This document shows positions 9,792 through 19,020 of a DNA stretch of 64,000 nt, one piece after another. The stretch's first letter is position 1; every line of letters starts with the position of its first letter. A program made the translations under genes and the position numbers. Source of the stretch: Candidatus Bathyarchaeia archaeon (GTDB lineage: Archaea > Thermoproteota > Bathyarchaeia > Bathyarchaeales > DTEX01). The DNA lies in assembly GCA_038820405.1 (NCBI GenBank), contig JAWAXL010000001.1, forward strand, positions 1,208 to 65,207. Reading direction: 5' to 3'. The notes under the pieces were generated by a model that did no database searches, was not told the DNA's origin, and was given only the letters and a program-made list of their open reading frames with translations.

Positions 9792-10961
9792 ATGAGTGTT
9801 GATGAATTAACTGAAGAACAAAAGTTAATTGTTCAATCCGCCAGGGAAATTATAAAAAAGTTTAATCCAGAGTACTGGAGAGAGAAAGATAGAAAGAAGG
9901 AGTGGCCGCGCGAATTTCATGAAGCTCTTACTGAGGCGGGGTTTTTCGGAATATTAATTCCTGAGAAATACGGAGGAAGCGGTTTTGGCCTTAAAGAATT
10001 AATTCTTGCCGTTGAAGAACTTACAAAAGGTGGAGCTGGTGCAGGAGCCTATGCGCAGCTTCTCTTGCCTGAAGTATTTGGTGGGGTAACTCTTGTTAAA
10101 CATGGTACCGAAGAGCAGAAGGAGAAATATTTGCCAAGGATCGTTAAAGGAGAAGTTGCCTGCTTAGCATTAACCGAGCCCGAGGCAGGGGTCAACACAT
10201 TTAAAATTAATACTATGGCTGTAAGGGATGGCAACGAATATGTGATAAACGGTAGAAAAATATGGATTTCAGGTGTCGACAAATCTAAACTAATGGTGCT
10301 CGTGGCAAGAACCTCTCCTTACGATCCGTCTAAAAAGACTCATGGATTAAGTATTTTTCTTGTAGATTTGCCAAATGATTCCATTGAGATAACCCCGATT
10401 GAAAAGCACGGATGGAACTGGGAAGAAGCATTTAATGTCTATATTAATGATCTTCGCGTTCCCAAAGAAAATTTACTTGGAGGAAAAGAGGGACAGGGTT
10501 GGTGGCAGATAGTAGATACGCTTAACCCTGAAAGAATTATGGTAGCTATTGCAGCATATGGCATAGGTGACCTGGCAATCCGCAAAGCCGTTGAATATGC
10601 AAACCGAAGGGTTGTCTTCGAAGCTCCCATTGGATCATATCAAGGTATTCAATTCCCCTTAGCCAAGGCAAAAGCTAACTTAGAAGCTTCTAAGTTACTT
10701 GTGTATAAGGCGGCAGATCTTTTTGATAAAGGTAAACCATGCTTCACTGAAGCATGTATGGCTGCTCTTACCGCTATTGAAGCTGGTATCGAGGCGGTTT
10801 TCTATTCTATGCAAGCTTTTGGAAGCTATAGCTATGCCCTCGAGTATGATGTTGAGAGGTGGTGGAGAGAGGTACTTCTATTCAGACTTGCGCCAATACC
10901 ATACAATATGCTACTAAATGAGATAGCTAGGTTCATTTTAGGAATGCCAAAGTCTTACTAG
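9792..10961 (+). CDS. acyl-CoA dehydrogenase
   Basis: 389 aa with GFFGILIPEKYGGSG and LTEPEAGVN motifs and the full ACAD three-domain length. The usual YEGT catalytic-Glu site reads APIP. Helix G reads NPER, suggesting an IVD/LCAD-like base position (inference). Confidence 0.88.
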   Translation: MSVDELTEEQKLIVQSAREIIKKFNPEYWREKDRKKEWPREFHEALTEAGFFGILIPEKYGGSGFGLKELILAVEELTKGGAGAGAYAQLLLPEVFGGVTLVKHGTEEQKEKYLPRIVKGEVACLALTEPEAGVNTFKINTMAVRDGNEYVINGRKIWISGVDKSKLMVLVARTSPYDPSKKTHGLSIFLVDLPNDSIEITPIEKHGWNWEEAFNVYINDLRVPKENLLGGKEGQGWWQIVDTLNPERIMVAIAAYGIGDLAIRKAVEYANRRVVFEAPIGSYQGIQFPLAKAKANLEASKLLVYKAADLFDKGKPCFTEACMAALTAIEAGIEAVFYSMQAFGSYSYALEYDVERWWREVLLFRLAPIPYNMLLNEIARFILGMPKSY

Positions 10962-11022
10962 ACTCTTTACTCCCTTATCCTCTCAAATTTTAAATTTAGT
11001 CTTACCTTTTTTAATCCATGGG

Positions 11023-13158
11023 GTGAAAATTATATTGAGCAAAAAGTATGGAGAAAGGGTGAAAGTATATAAAAGTACTTGTCGCATGTGTCACGGAGGA
11101 TGTGGAGTACTCGTTCACGTAAAAGATGGAAAGATTATAAAGATTGAGGGTGATCCAGAGTCTCCACTGAGCAGAGGCACGATGTGTGTTAAATGTCTAG
11201 CCTCCTTAGAGCATGTGTATAACCCGTATCGCATCAAGTACCCAATGAAGAGGATAGGGGAGAGAGGTGAAGGAAAGTGGCAGCGCATCTCATGGGACGA
11301 AGCCCTCAATAGCATAGCAAGCAAGCTTAAGGAAATTAGAGAAAAGTATGGACCTGAATCCATCGCTATTGGTCAAGGTACCGGTAGACACCATTACTTC
11401 TTTGTAGTTAGGTTCGCTAATGCGCTTGGAACCCCAAATTGGTGCGAACCAGGTTTAGCTCAATGCTTCCTGCCTAGAGTTACAGTGAGTTTAATCACCT
11501 ACGGAGACTTCTTTGTTTGTGACTATTATGGAGATATTTCTCCTAAATGCTTGTTAGTATGGGGTCATAACCCATTGGTAACGGGGCCTGATGGAGAGAT
11601 CGCTGTTTTAGTGCGTAGATGTCTTGGTAAGAATCCCAAGTTAATTGTTGTGGATCCTAGACGCACCGAGATGGCTGAAAAGGCAGATCTATGGTTACAG
11701 ATTAGACCAGGTACTGATTGTGCTTTAGCTTTGAGTATGCTGAACGTCATTATCAATGAGAATATTTATGATAAAGAATTCGTTGAGAAATGGACGGTTG
11801 GATTTGATAGATTATGTGAGCATGTTAAACAGTATACTCCTGAATGGGCAGAGAAAGTTACATGGATCCCTGCGGAAAAAATTAGGGAGGCGGCTAGAAT
11901 GTATGCTTTAACGAAGCCTGCATGCATTGAGTGGGGTGTTGCTCTCGAACATACGCCAAACTGCATTCAAACCCTTAGAGCCATCGCACTCCTACCAGCA
12001 GTAACTGGCAATATTGATATTCCCGGCGGGAATATTTTTGGGATGCATATTGTACGGCCTTTCCCTTTCCTTTATGATAAATTGCCAGCCGAAATGTGGG
12101 AAAAAAGATTAGGATCTGATAAATTTAAGCTTCTTTGCGGCCGGGAGGCAGTTCTCCCCTCGGCTCATGCCTCTACACTATTTAAGGCAATGCGTACAGG
12201 CAACCCCTATCCCATTAAAGCTTTTCTTGTTTTTGGTAATAATGCACTTGTAACATACGCCAATTCTAAAGAGGTGTATGAAGCATTAATGAACTTAGAG
12301 CTTTTAGTGGTTACGGACATCTATATGACACCGACAGCTGAAATTGCTGATTTTGTACTTCCCGCAGCCACGTGGCTTGAGGTTGACGAGATAGTGGCAT
12401 TTCCATACCTTGCAGAGAACGTCGTTCTCGTACAACAGAAAATAGTGGGAGTGGAAGAAGCCAAGCCAGATGAGTGGATACTAATTGAGCTGGCTAGAAG
12501 GTTAAATTTGCCACATGGCACTGAATCACTAGAGGAAGTTCTTAATTATCAATTAGAGCCTTTAGGCATTACTTTCGAGGAGCTTAAGAAGAGAGGTTAT
12601 GTGTCAGTCCCCATAAAATACAGGAAATATGAGGAGAAAGGATTTAACACCCCATCTGGTAAAGTTGAACTTTATTCAAGCATTCTAGAAAAGCTAGGGT
12701 ATGACCCCCTACCACATTACAAGGAGCCCCCAGAAAGTCCGGTTAGTACGCCAGAGCTTGCGAGAGAATACCCATTAATATTAATAACAGGAGGGAGGAC
12801 GCCATGCTTCTTCCACTCAGAGGGTCGTCAGATTCCGTCATTACGCAAACTTCATCCGGACCCCATTGTAGAGATTCACCCAGAAACGGCTAAAGAATTA
12901 GGTATTAAAGATGATGATTGGGTACTCATAGAGACACCAAGGGGAAGAATTAAACAGCGGGCTAAGCTCACAGACGGGATTCACCCAAAGGTGGTGCATG
13001 TTGAACATGGATGGTGGTTTCCGGAAAAACCAGCCCCAGACCATGGAGTTTGGGAGTCAAACGCAAATTTGCTAACAAATAATGGTCCACCCTACGATCC
13101 AGCTATGGGAACATATCAGCTGAGGGCATTATTATGCAGAATATCTAAACTTGGTTAA
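11023..13158 (+). CDS. molybdopterin (bis-MGD) oxidoreductase, DMSO-reductase superfamily, cytoplasmic
   Basis: 711 aa. N-terminal [4Fe-4S] motif CRMCHGGCG..x27..C, no twin-arginine signal, and a C-terminal molydopterin-dinucleotide-binding beta-barrel region (IHPETAKELGIKDDDWVLIETPRG). Confidence 0.85.
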   Translation: MKIILSKKYGERVKVYKSTCRMCHGGCGVLVHVKDGKIIKIEGDPESPLSRGTMCVKCLASLEHVYNPYRIKYPMKRIGERGEGKWQRISWDEALNSIASKLKEIREKYGPESIAIGQGTGRHHYFFVVRFANALGTPNWCEPGLAQCFLPRVTVSLITYGDFFVCDYYGDISPKCLLVWGHNPLVTGPDGEIAVLVRRCLGKNPKLIVVDPRRTEMAEKADLWLQIRPGTDCALALSMLNVIINENIYDKEFVEKWTVGFDRLCEHVKQYTPEWAEKVTWIPAEKIREAARMYALTKPACIEWGVALEHTPNCIQTLRAIALLPAVTGNIDIPGGNIFGMHIVRPFPFLYDKLPAEMWEKRLGSDKFKLLCGREAVLPSAHASTLFKAMRTGNPYPIKAFLVFGNNALVTYANSKEVYEALMNLELLVVTDIYMTPTAEIADFVLPAATWLEVDEIVAFPYLAENVVLVQQKIVGVEEAKPDEWILIELARRLNLPHGTESLEEVLNYQLEPLGITFEELKKRGYVSVPIKYRKYEEKGFNTPSGKVELYSSILEKLGYDPLPHYKEPPESPVSTPELAREYPLILITGGRTPCFFHSEGRQIPSLRKLHPDPIVEIHPETAKELGIKDDDWVLIETPRGRIKQRAKLTDGIHPKVVHVEHGWWFPEKPAPDHGVWESNANLLTNNGPPYDPAMGTYQLRALLCRISKLG

Positions 13159-13191
13159 AAACCGTAAAGGAGAAAGATCTCTGGCCCCTAA

Positions 13192-13210
13192 TTTTTTATT
13201 TTTTCATTTT
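13192..13210 (+). terminator. oligo-T terminator after molybdoenzyme gene
   Basis: TTTTTTATTTTTTCATTTT begins about 35 nt after the stop codon. Confidence 0.45.
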
Positions 13211-13469
13211 TAAAGCCAAGAATTTGCCAGTCTTACCTTATTAATCTTGGCAGCCCCCTAATTTAACTCTTAGAAAGTTTCATTCTCCAAAATTTATAGG
13301 AGATGCTCTTTTTCCTGGCTTATTTTCTTGGCTTAAAATGCCATTAGTGAGCAATAGAATTAATCATTTAAAGAGAATTGAAAGCCAAAAAAGACGAAAA
13401 ATGTTAATAACGACTTTGCGAAAGTCATATATACGGTAAAGTCTTCTACTAGATTTTTGGTGAAAGAAA

Positions 13470-14885
13470 ATGACTTGGCTTCCATTACCAAAAGCATGGG
13501 ATGAAGAGTTTGATATAATAGTTGTGGGTGCTGGTACTGCTGGCTTGCCTGCCGCTGCCATGGCTGCAAAGCAGAAAGTTAATGTCGTTGTGCTTGAACA
13601 AATGCCGTGTTGTGCTGGCAGTCCCAGCTATATAGGAGGATACTTAAACGCATGTGGGACGGAATACCAAAAGAAACTGGGAATCAATGACTCTAAGGAG
13701 TTAATGTATAAAGACTATATAGAAACTTGTAAGGGAGACCCTACATTATTAAAAATCTTCGTAGAAGATGCTCCTACAACAGTTGAAATTATTAAACAGT
13801 ATGGTGTAGAGCCCAGAGCTGTCCAAAGAATACCGGGAGCCTCCGTTCCTCGCGCACACATGTATGAGGGGGTTCAGATTTTAAGGGCTTTGGAGAGACT
13901 TGCAAAAGACTATAAAGTTGAAATTCGTTTCAAACATAAGTTTCTAGATCTTTACAGGGATCCTGAAAGTAAGAGAGTAGTGGGAGTTAAAGTAAGGCGA
14001 GGCCGTGGGGAGTATCTAAACTTCAGGGCTAAGAAAGCAGTTATTCTCGCATCTGGGGGATGGATCTCAAACCCCATGATGATGTGGGATCTTGGCAGTT
14101 ATGCCCATGCTAAAGAAGCTGTTGCACTAGCACGCGGGCACACAGGGGAGGGTGTGATGGCGGCTTTGCGCATTGGCGCCCACTTGAAGTGGGTAGGATG
14201 TGCTGTTAGGGGTTCAACAGGAATAGATGCTAACACGCTGCACCCACACGCCCTGACTTGGGGCCCCCTCACGTGGGCTGGCGGCATAATGGTGAATATT
14301 GAGGGAAGAAGATTCGTGGATGAGAGTGGCATCTTATTCCCAACATTAGGAGATGCTGTTTTCAGTCAACCGGGTCACATGGCCTTTTGTATCTATGATG
14401 CAAAACTTAGACCATCAATAGTTAAAGCGTTGCATGAAGCGGGTATTGAGATAGCATGGTATAAGGAGTATCAGGCGGATAGCCTAGATAAATTGGCTAG
14501 AGAAATTGGTGTACCAACAGACATATTTGTGAAGGAAGTTCAGGAGTATAATGAGGACGTCAAGAAATATGGATATGATAGGAGGTTTGGAAGAAACTTT
14601 ATTCCAGTTCTACAGTCGAAGCCTATTCCAATAGAGACGCCACCATTCTATGCTGTAAAGGGCATGTCAGCCCACACTTCATTAAAGAGCAGTCTGGAGC
14701 TTGATAGCGAGATGAGAATTGTAGACTTAAGAGGTGAGCCAATTCCAGGGCTATACGGAGCTGGAGAAGTTGCCTGTGGCGGGTTGTTCAGAGATGGCTG
14801 GTATCCTTGTGGCACAATGATGAATATGGGTCAAGTCTTCGGACGACGAGCAGGTACTATTGCAGCAACTAAGGAGCCGAGGTGA
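13470..14885 (+). CDS. FAD-dependent oxidoreductase (FAD_binding_2), paralog of 2786..4171
   Basis: 471 aa with DIIVVGAGTAGLPAAAMA and GLYGAGEVACGG motifs. It has the same architecture, and the same downstream ferredoxin, as the first pair. Confidence 0.8.
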   Translation: MTWLPLPKAWDEEFDIIVVGAGTAGLPAAAMAAKQKVNVVVLEQMPCCAGSPSYIGGYLNACGTEYQKKLGINDSKELMYKDYIETCKGDPTLLKIFVEDAPTTVEIIKQYGVEPRAVQRIPGASVPRAHMYEGVQILRALERLAKDYKVEIRFKHKFLDLYRDPESKRVVGVKVRRGRGEYLNFRAKKAVILASGGWISNPMMMWDLGSYAHAKEAVALARGHTGEGVMAALRIGAHLKWVGCAVRGSTGIDANTLHPHALTWGPLTWAGGIMVNIEGRRFVDESGILFPTLGDAVFSQPGHMAFCIYDAKLRPSIVKALHEAGIEIAWYKEYQADSLDKLAREIGVPTDIFVKEVQEYNEDVKKYGYDRRFGRNFIPVLQSKPIPIETPPFYAVKGMSAHTSLKSSLELDSEMRIVDLRGEPIPGLYGAGEVACGGLFRDGWYPCGTMMNMGQVFGRRAGTIAATKEPR

Positions 14886-14890
14886 TAAGA

Positions 14891-15079
14891 ATGCCCTATT
14901 TTATAGATAGAAATATTTGCATTGGATGCGGCGCATGCACTACAGTTTGTCCAACTGAGGCTATAGATTGGGTAGAAGTCGGACCGAATGATGTAAGGTG
15001 CGAGATTATACAACGGTTCTGTAACGAATGTGGTGTATGCGCCGAGTGGTGCGTGCGTAAAGCTATTAAAAAGGTATAA
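14891..15079 (+). CDS. 2x[4Fe-4S] ferredoxin, paralog of 4176..4406
   Basis: Motifs CIGCGACTTVCP and CNECGVCAEWC. ATG 14891 lies 6 nt after the flavoprotein stop. Confidence 0.75.
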   Translation: MPYFIDRNICIGCGACTTVCPTEAIDWVEVGPNDVRCEIIQRFCNECGVCAEWCVRKAIKKV

Positions 15080-15112
15080 AAACCATTTTCTCCTTTTTTA
15101 TTCTTTTTCTTT

Positions 15113-16342
15113 TTAATTATTTTCCTTTTGATATTTTCGTGTTGGTAAAAGTAGAAGTACTGACAGAAATGATGCTATCAGCGCAGTTAAAAACGATAAT
15201 TTAAATGTCTTGGTTATATCAGCCATCCACCCAGCTAATGGAGGCGAGATCATGCATCCTATGCCAAAGAAAACTATTAGTAAGCCTTGTACCGCTCCAA
15301 TATATTCTTCAGAGAAAATATCAGAGGCATATGCAGCATAAAGCGTTCCCAGGGCACCAAAACCTATCCCATAAATAATTGCTGATAAGGATACTGTAAT
15401 AAAGGCCAAGTTTAGGAAGTTGCTGGCCAAAATTATTCCAAGTAAGCCTAATATAGGAAATGACCCATCAATAATCATTGCTTTTATTCTTCCAATGATT
15501 TCAGAGAAGAATGACAAAATGATTACGCCGGGTACTGCTCCGATAGTGATCATGCTTACGACGGCGGCAGCATTTTCATAGGGTAGTAGGAGTTCCAGAA
15601 AACAATATGTGCTGAGAAAAGCAAGTAAAATTGCTACATAAAAACCGACAAACATGTATGATAAACCTAACATCCATAGTTTTATATCCTTAGCCATATT
15701 TAAGAGTGAAAATTTGTATTGGTTCCATCCTCTTACTATCTTTTTCTGCTCGTAACCCTCAGGATAGCTTTTCAATAGAAACCAGGTTAGGGGGACAAGT
15801 ATTAGACTGGCAAGGCCAAGAGTCTGCCATCCAAGCCTCCAGCTTCCAATTCTAACTAGCAGTGGCATAATGATGCCACTTAGGGCAAAGGTAGAGTGTG
15901 CCCCGGCAGCGGTTACTGCTACTGAAAATGCTCGCTTTTTACTAAACCATCTCTGAATCACTACGACTATGGGAACCCAAGCTGCCGCACAACCAATGCC
16001 AGTCAACATATATGATATTGTTGCTTCAAGTAATGTATTTGATAGGCTTAGGAGGAGGATACCGATGCCCGCTATCAATAAAAAGATGGAGATTATTTTT
16101 CTAGCATTATATCTATCTATGAGTACACCAAGTATCAGCGAGAAGATTGTATAGCCAAGGAAGTGGGATGTATATATTATGCCAGCCTCAAGCTTCGAAA
16201 TATTAAGTGAGAGTAGCATCTCAGGGAGCAAAATGCCATAACTATATCTAATTGCAAAGCTTACAAGAACAATAAAGAACCCTAAGACAAGAATGATTAT
16301 GCTCCTTTCAATTCGAGGAAAATTCATGAAGGGTCCCTCCAT
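15113..16342 (-). CDS. MFS transporter
   Basis: 409 aa with about 12 hydrophobic segments. MFS motif-A-like GVLIDRYNARKI lies between TM2 and TM3. Confidence 0.8.
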   Translation of the reverse strand: MEGPFMNFPRIERSIIILVLGFFIVLVSFAIRYSYGILLPEMLLSLNISKLEAGIIYTSHFLGYTIFSLILGVLIDRYNARKIISIFLLIAGIGILLLSLSNTLLEATISYMLTGIGCAAAWVPIVVVIQRWFSKKRAFSVAVTAAGAHSTFALSGIIMPLLVRIGSWRLGWQTLGLASLILVPLTWFLLKSYPEGYEQKKIVRGWNQYKFSLLNMAKDIKLWMLGLSYMFVGFYVAILLAFLSTYCFLELLLPYENAAAVVSMITIGAVPGVIILSFFSEIIGRIKAMIIDGSFPILGLLGIILASNFLNLAFITVSLSAIIYGIGFGALGTLYAAYASDIFSEEYIGAVQGLLIVFFGIGCMISPPLAGWMADITKTFKLSFLTALIASFLSVLLLLPTRKYQKENN

Positions 16343-16545
16343 TTATATAGATTTAATTAACAATTTAATTTCAGTTATATATGTTCATATCTGCAATAGG
16401 TGTATGCTCTGATTCTTTTAGTATTCTTAGTAAAAATACTTATAAATTTAAAGGTTGCAGGGACTTTTATTTACCAAATTTCTAAAAAGAAAAAGATATA
16501 AAATATCTGAACGGATCTACATTTTAATGTTGCTCAGATTATCTT

Positions 16546-17445
16546 ATGAGGGAGCTATCTATGATAATTGACTCTTGGGTATTAGGTTGCTGGACACCTG
16601 AGCTACGAAAAGCATATCTAGAGCACCCCCTAACGCGAAGGTTTATGAAGGTTTTTAGGCTAGAGGGAGAGGATCGAGTGCCATCTAAAACAGTTGAGCA
16701 AATGGTAGAGGAAATGGAGAACACTGGCATTGATAAAGCCGTATTAGTTGGGGACTCGCCATTTAAACCCGCAGTAAGCTATGGTCCATCGATTCCGCCT
16801 TCATTTGGAACCTATGAACAATGGAGTAAATTTGCAGATAAGTATCCGGATAAATTTGTTGTATGTGCTACACCCTCTAGACCTGGATACTGGGATGTTA
16901 GACAAACTGTGAGGGAGGTTGAGAGAGCAGTAAAAGATTTTCACGCTCAGGCAATAAATATTCCGTCTCCTGCTTGGAATTTACCATTTAATTCAAAATT
17001 ACTCTATCCTGTTTATTCTAAGTGTGTTGAACTAGGCATCTCGATATGGATTTGGGTAGGCATCCCTGGACCCTACTATCCAGTAAAAGTGGCACAAGTT
17101 ATTTTCTTGGATGAGATCGCGTTGGCCTTTCCAGAGTTGAAGATAGTTGCGCACCACATAGGAGACCCTTGGATCCAAATGGTAACCCATCTAGCAGGAA
17201 AATATGAGAACCTGTATATATGTACATGTGCCTGGTCACCTAGATGGTATCCAAGTGAACTAGTTAACTTTATGAAAACATCATGGTTTGGCACTAGGGG
17301 GAGTGAAAAAGTTCTTTTTGGAACGGCTTATCCGGTTTTACCATGGAAAAGAGCTGTTGAGGAAGCCTTAGCTTTACCTTTGGAGGACGAGGATAAAAGA
17401 AAGTTTTTGGGGGAAAATGCTTTAAAGTTATTTCATTGGGGATAA
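16546..17445 (+). CDS. amidohydrolase_2 (TIM-barrel metal-dependent hydrolase/decarboxylase) family, active-site motifs degenerate
   Basis: Family-like layout, but the expected HxH reads IIDSWVL, the mid-barrel His reads IWIWVG, and the final GxDxP reads FGTAYP. The likely start is ATG 16561, after GAGGGAG. Confidence 0.6.
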   Translation: MRELSMIIDSWVLGCWTPELRKAYLEHPLTRRFMKVFRLEGEDRVPSKTVEQMVEEMENTGIDKAVLVGDSPFKPAVSYGPSIPPSFGTYEQWSKFADKYPDKFVVCATPSRPGYWDVRQTVREVERAVKDFHAQAINIPSPAWNLPFNSKLLYPVYSKCVELGISIWIWVGIPGPYYPVKVAQVIFLDEIALAFPELKIVAHHIGDPWIQMVTHLAGKYENLYICTCAWSPRWYPSELVNFMKTSWFGTRGSEKVLFGTAYPVLPWKRAVEEALALPLEDEDKRKFLGENALKLFHWG

Positions 17446-18029
17446 TAAAACTCTTACAATTTTTTATCCACCCTTATCCTTAAATTTTATAAAATGAACT
17501 CGACTTACTCATTAAGTTCCTCATATAACTGAGAAATATTCAGTTACGTGAAGTGATTTAAGTGTCACATGTATTGCAGGGAAAATTTAAAGGTCTAGTA
17601 AATTTTGTTTGGAGAGGAGATTTTATTGTTAGTTAGGTTTTGGACAAAAATCTGAGATAGATAAAAAGTATTGATGCAAAGGCGGTCTTTAACGATGTGA
17701 CAGATAAATTACAAAGAAAGGAAAGAATATAGGCATTTAAACCATATTGTTTTTATAAATTATCAATTTAAACTGAACTTCTAGAAGAATACGAGCGCAC
17801 CTCGGCCCCTTAATATATAAGTCATCTTTTTAGCAAACACTAGAATATCGAATTTAATTCGTTTCAATTTGATGGAATTGCCAGCGAGCTTCTCTATTTT
17901 ATCCTTTTTTGAATCTAAATGAAAATTTAACTCAAATATCGTTGAAAATCAACTGGATCTCAATAAAGTGTCGCAAGTTTTATATAGGGATAAAAATAAA
18001 AGAAAAATGAATTGGGGTGAAATTGAAGG

Positions 18030-19013
18030 ATGGCAAAAGATGAGTTCTTTAAGATAGACGTGGAGGCTCACTTAGTAGGCGATATGGAGCCAATCTCATA
18101 CTTTCCAGGAGTTCAAATGTGGTGGCGCGCTGTTCACGGCATTACGCGGCCACTCTTCTTCCCATTAGAAACACCTTCTGAACTACTGAAAGTGAAACAT
18201 AAGCCTGAGGAGTTAATTGAAATCATGGACAAATATGAGGTTGATATGGCTTTTGTGCTTCCCGAGTCAATGATGGATACGACGGGCTACGCTACGCGCT
18301 GGGTAACAAATGGTTATGTAGCTGCTGCCTGCGCAAAATATCCAGAAAGATTCATTTTCTGCCCAAACGTAGGGCCAATTAAAAAGAGAGGAGTGAAGAA
18401 CGCTGTCTGGGAACTTGAATATTTAGTGAAAGAGAGGAATGCGAAGGTAGTCAAGCTTTATTCGCCAGAGGACATCTATCTGAACGACCCTGAAATTTAT
18501 CCATTCTATGAAAAATGTGTTGAACTAAAGATTCCAGTCTGCATTCATACAGGATTTTGCTGGGTCCCTCCAGGCAGAGCTAAATATTGCCATCCAGAAC
18601 AACTAGACGATGTGGCAACCGACTTTCCCGACCTAATAATAATTGCTTATCATGCAGGGTGGCCTTATCCAGATGTCTTAAATATGGTTGCGGCGACTCA
18701 CCCAAACGTATATATAGGGTTAAACTTAATAGTGCCTTGGGCTTTGGCTACACCCAGACGCTTTGCAATGATATTGGGTGAGGCTCTCCGCTGGGTTGGG
18801 CCTGACAGAATTGTGTGGGGGACTGACTTTGCTGGGTTGGAAGCGCAAGTCCTATATGCTGTTGAGGGACTTAAAAAATTCCAGATACCGAAGGATATGC
18901 AGGAAGAGTATGGTTACCCAGCTTTGACGGACGAGGATAAAAAGAAGATTTTCGGATTAAATCTGGCGAAAATACTCGGTATAAAGCCAGAGAGGAAGAT
19001 GGGAAAGAGGTGA
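18030..19013 (+). CDS. amidohydrolase_2 family metal-dependent hydrolase/decarboxylase
   Basis: 327 aa. Candidate ligand motifs are intact: KIDVEAHLV, VCIHTGF, AYHAGWP, WGTDFAG. A 7-nt gap separates it from the downstream symporter. Confidence 0.7.
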   Translation: MAKDEFFKIDVEAHLVGDMEPISYFPGVQMWWRAVHGITRPLFFPLETPSELLKVKHKPEELIEIMDKYEVDMAFVLPESMMDTTGYATRWVTNGYVAAACAKYPERFIFCPNVGPIKKRGVKNAVWELEYLVKERNAKVVKLYSPEDIYLNDPEIYPFYEKCVELKIPVCIHTGFCWVPPGRAKYCHPEQLDDVATDFPDLIIIAYHAGWPYPDVLNMVAATHPNVYIGLNLIVPWALATPRRFAMILGEALRWVGPDRIVWGTDFAGLEAQVLYAVEGLKKFQIPKDMQEEYGYPALTDEDKKKIFGLNLAKILGIKPERKMGKR

Positions 19014-19020
19014 AAAGAGA

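Noticed and set aside
11023-13158. Calling the molybdoenzyme a formate dehydrogenase
   Set aside because: There is no in-frame TGA (Sec) and there are no adjacent FdhB-type or hydrogenase-type subunits. The metabolic context points elsewhere, and the family cannot be resolved by eye.
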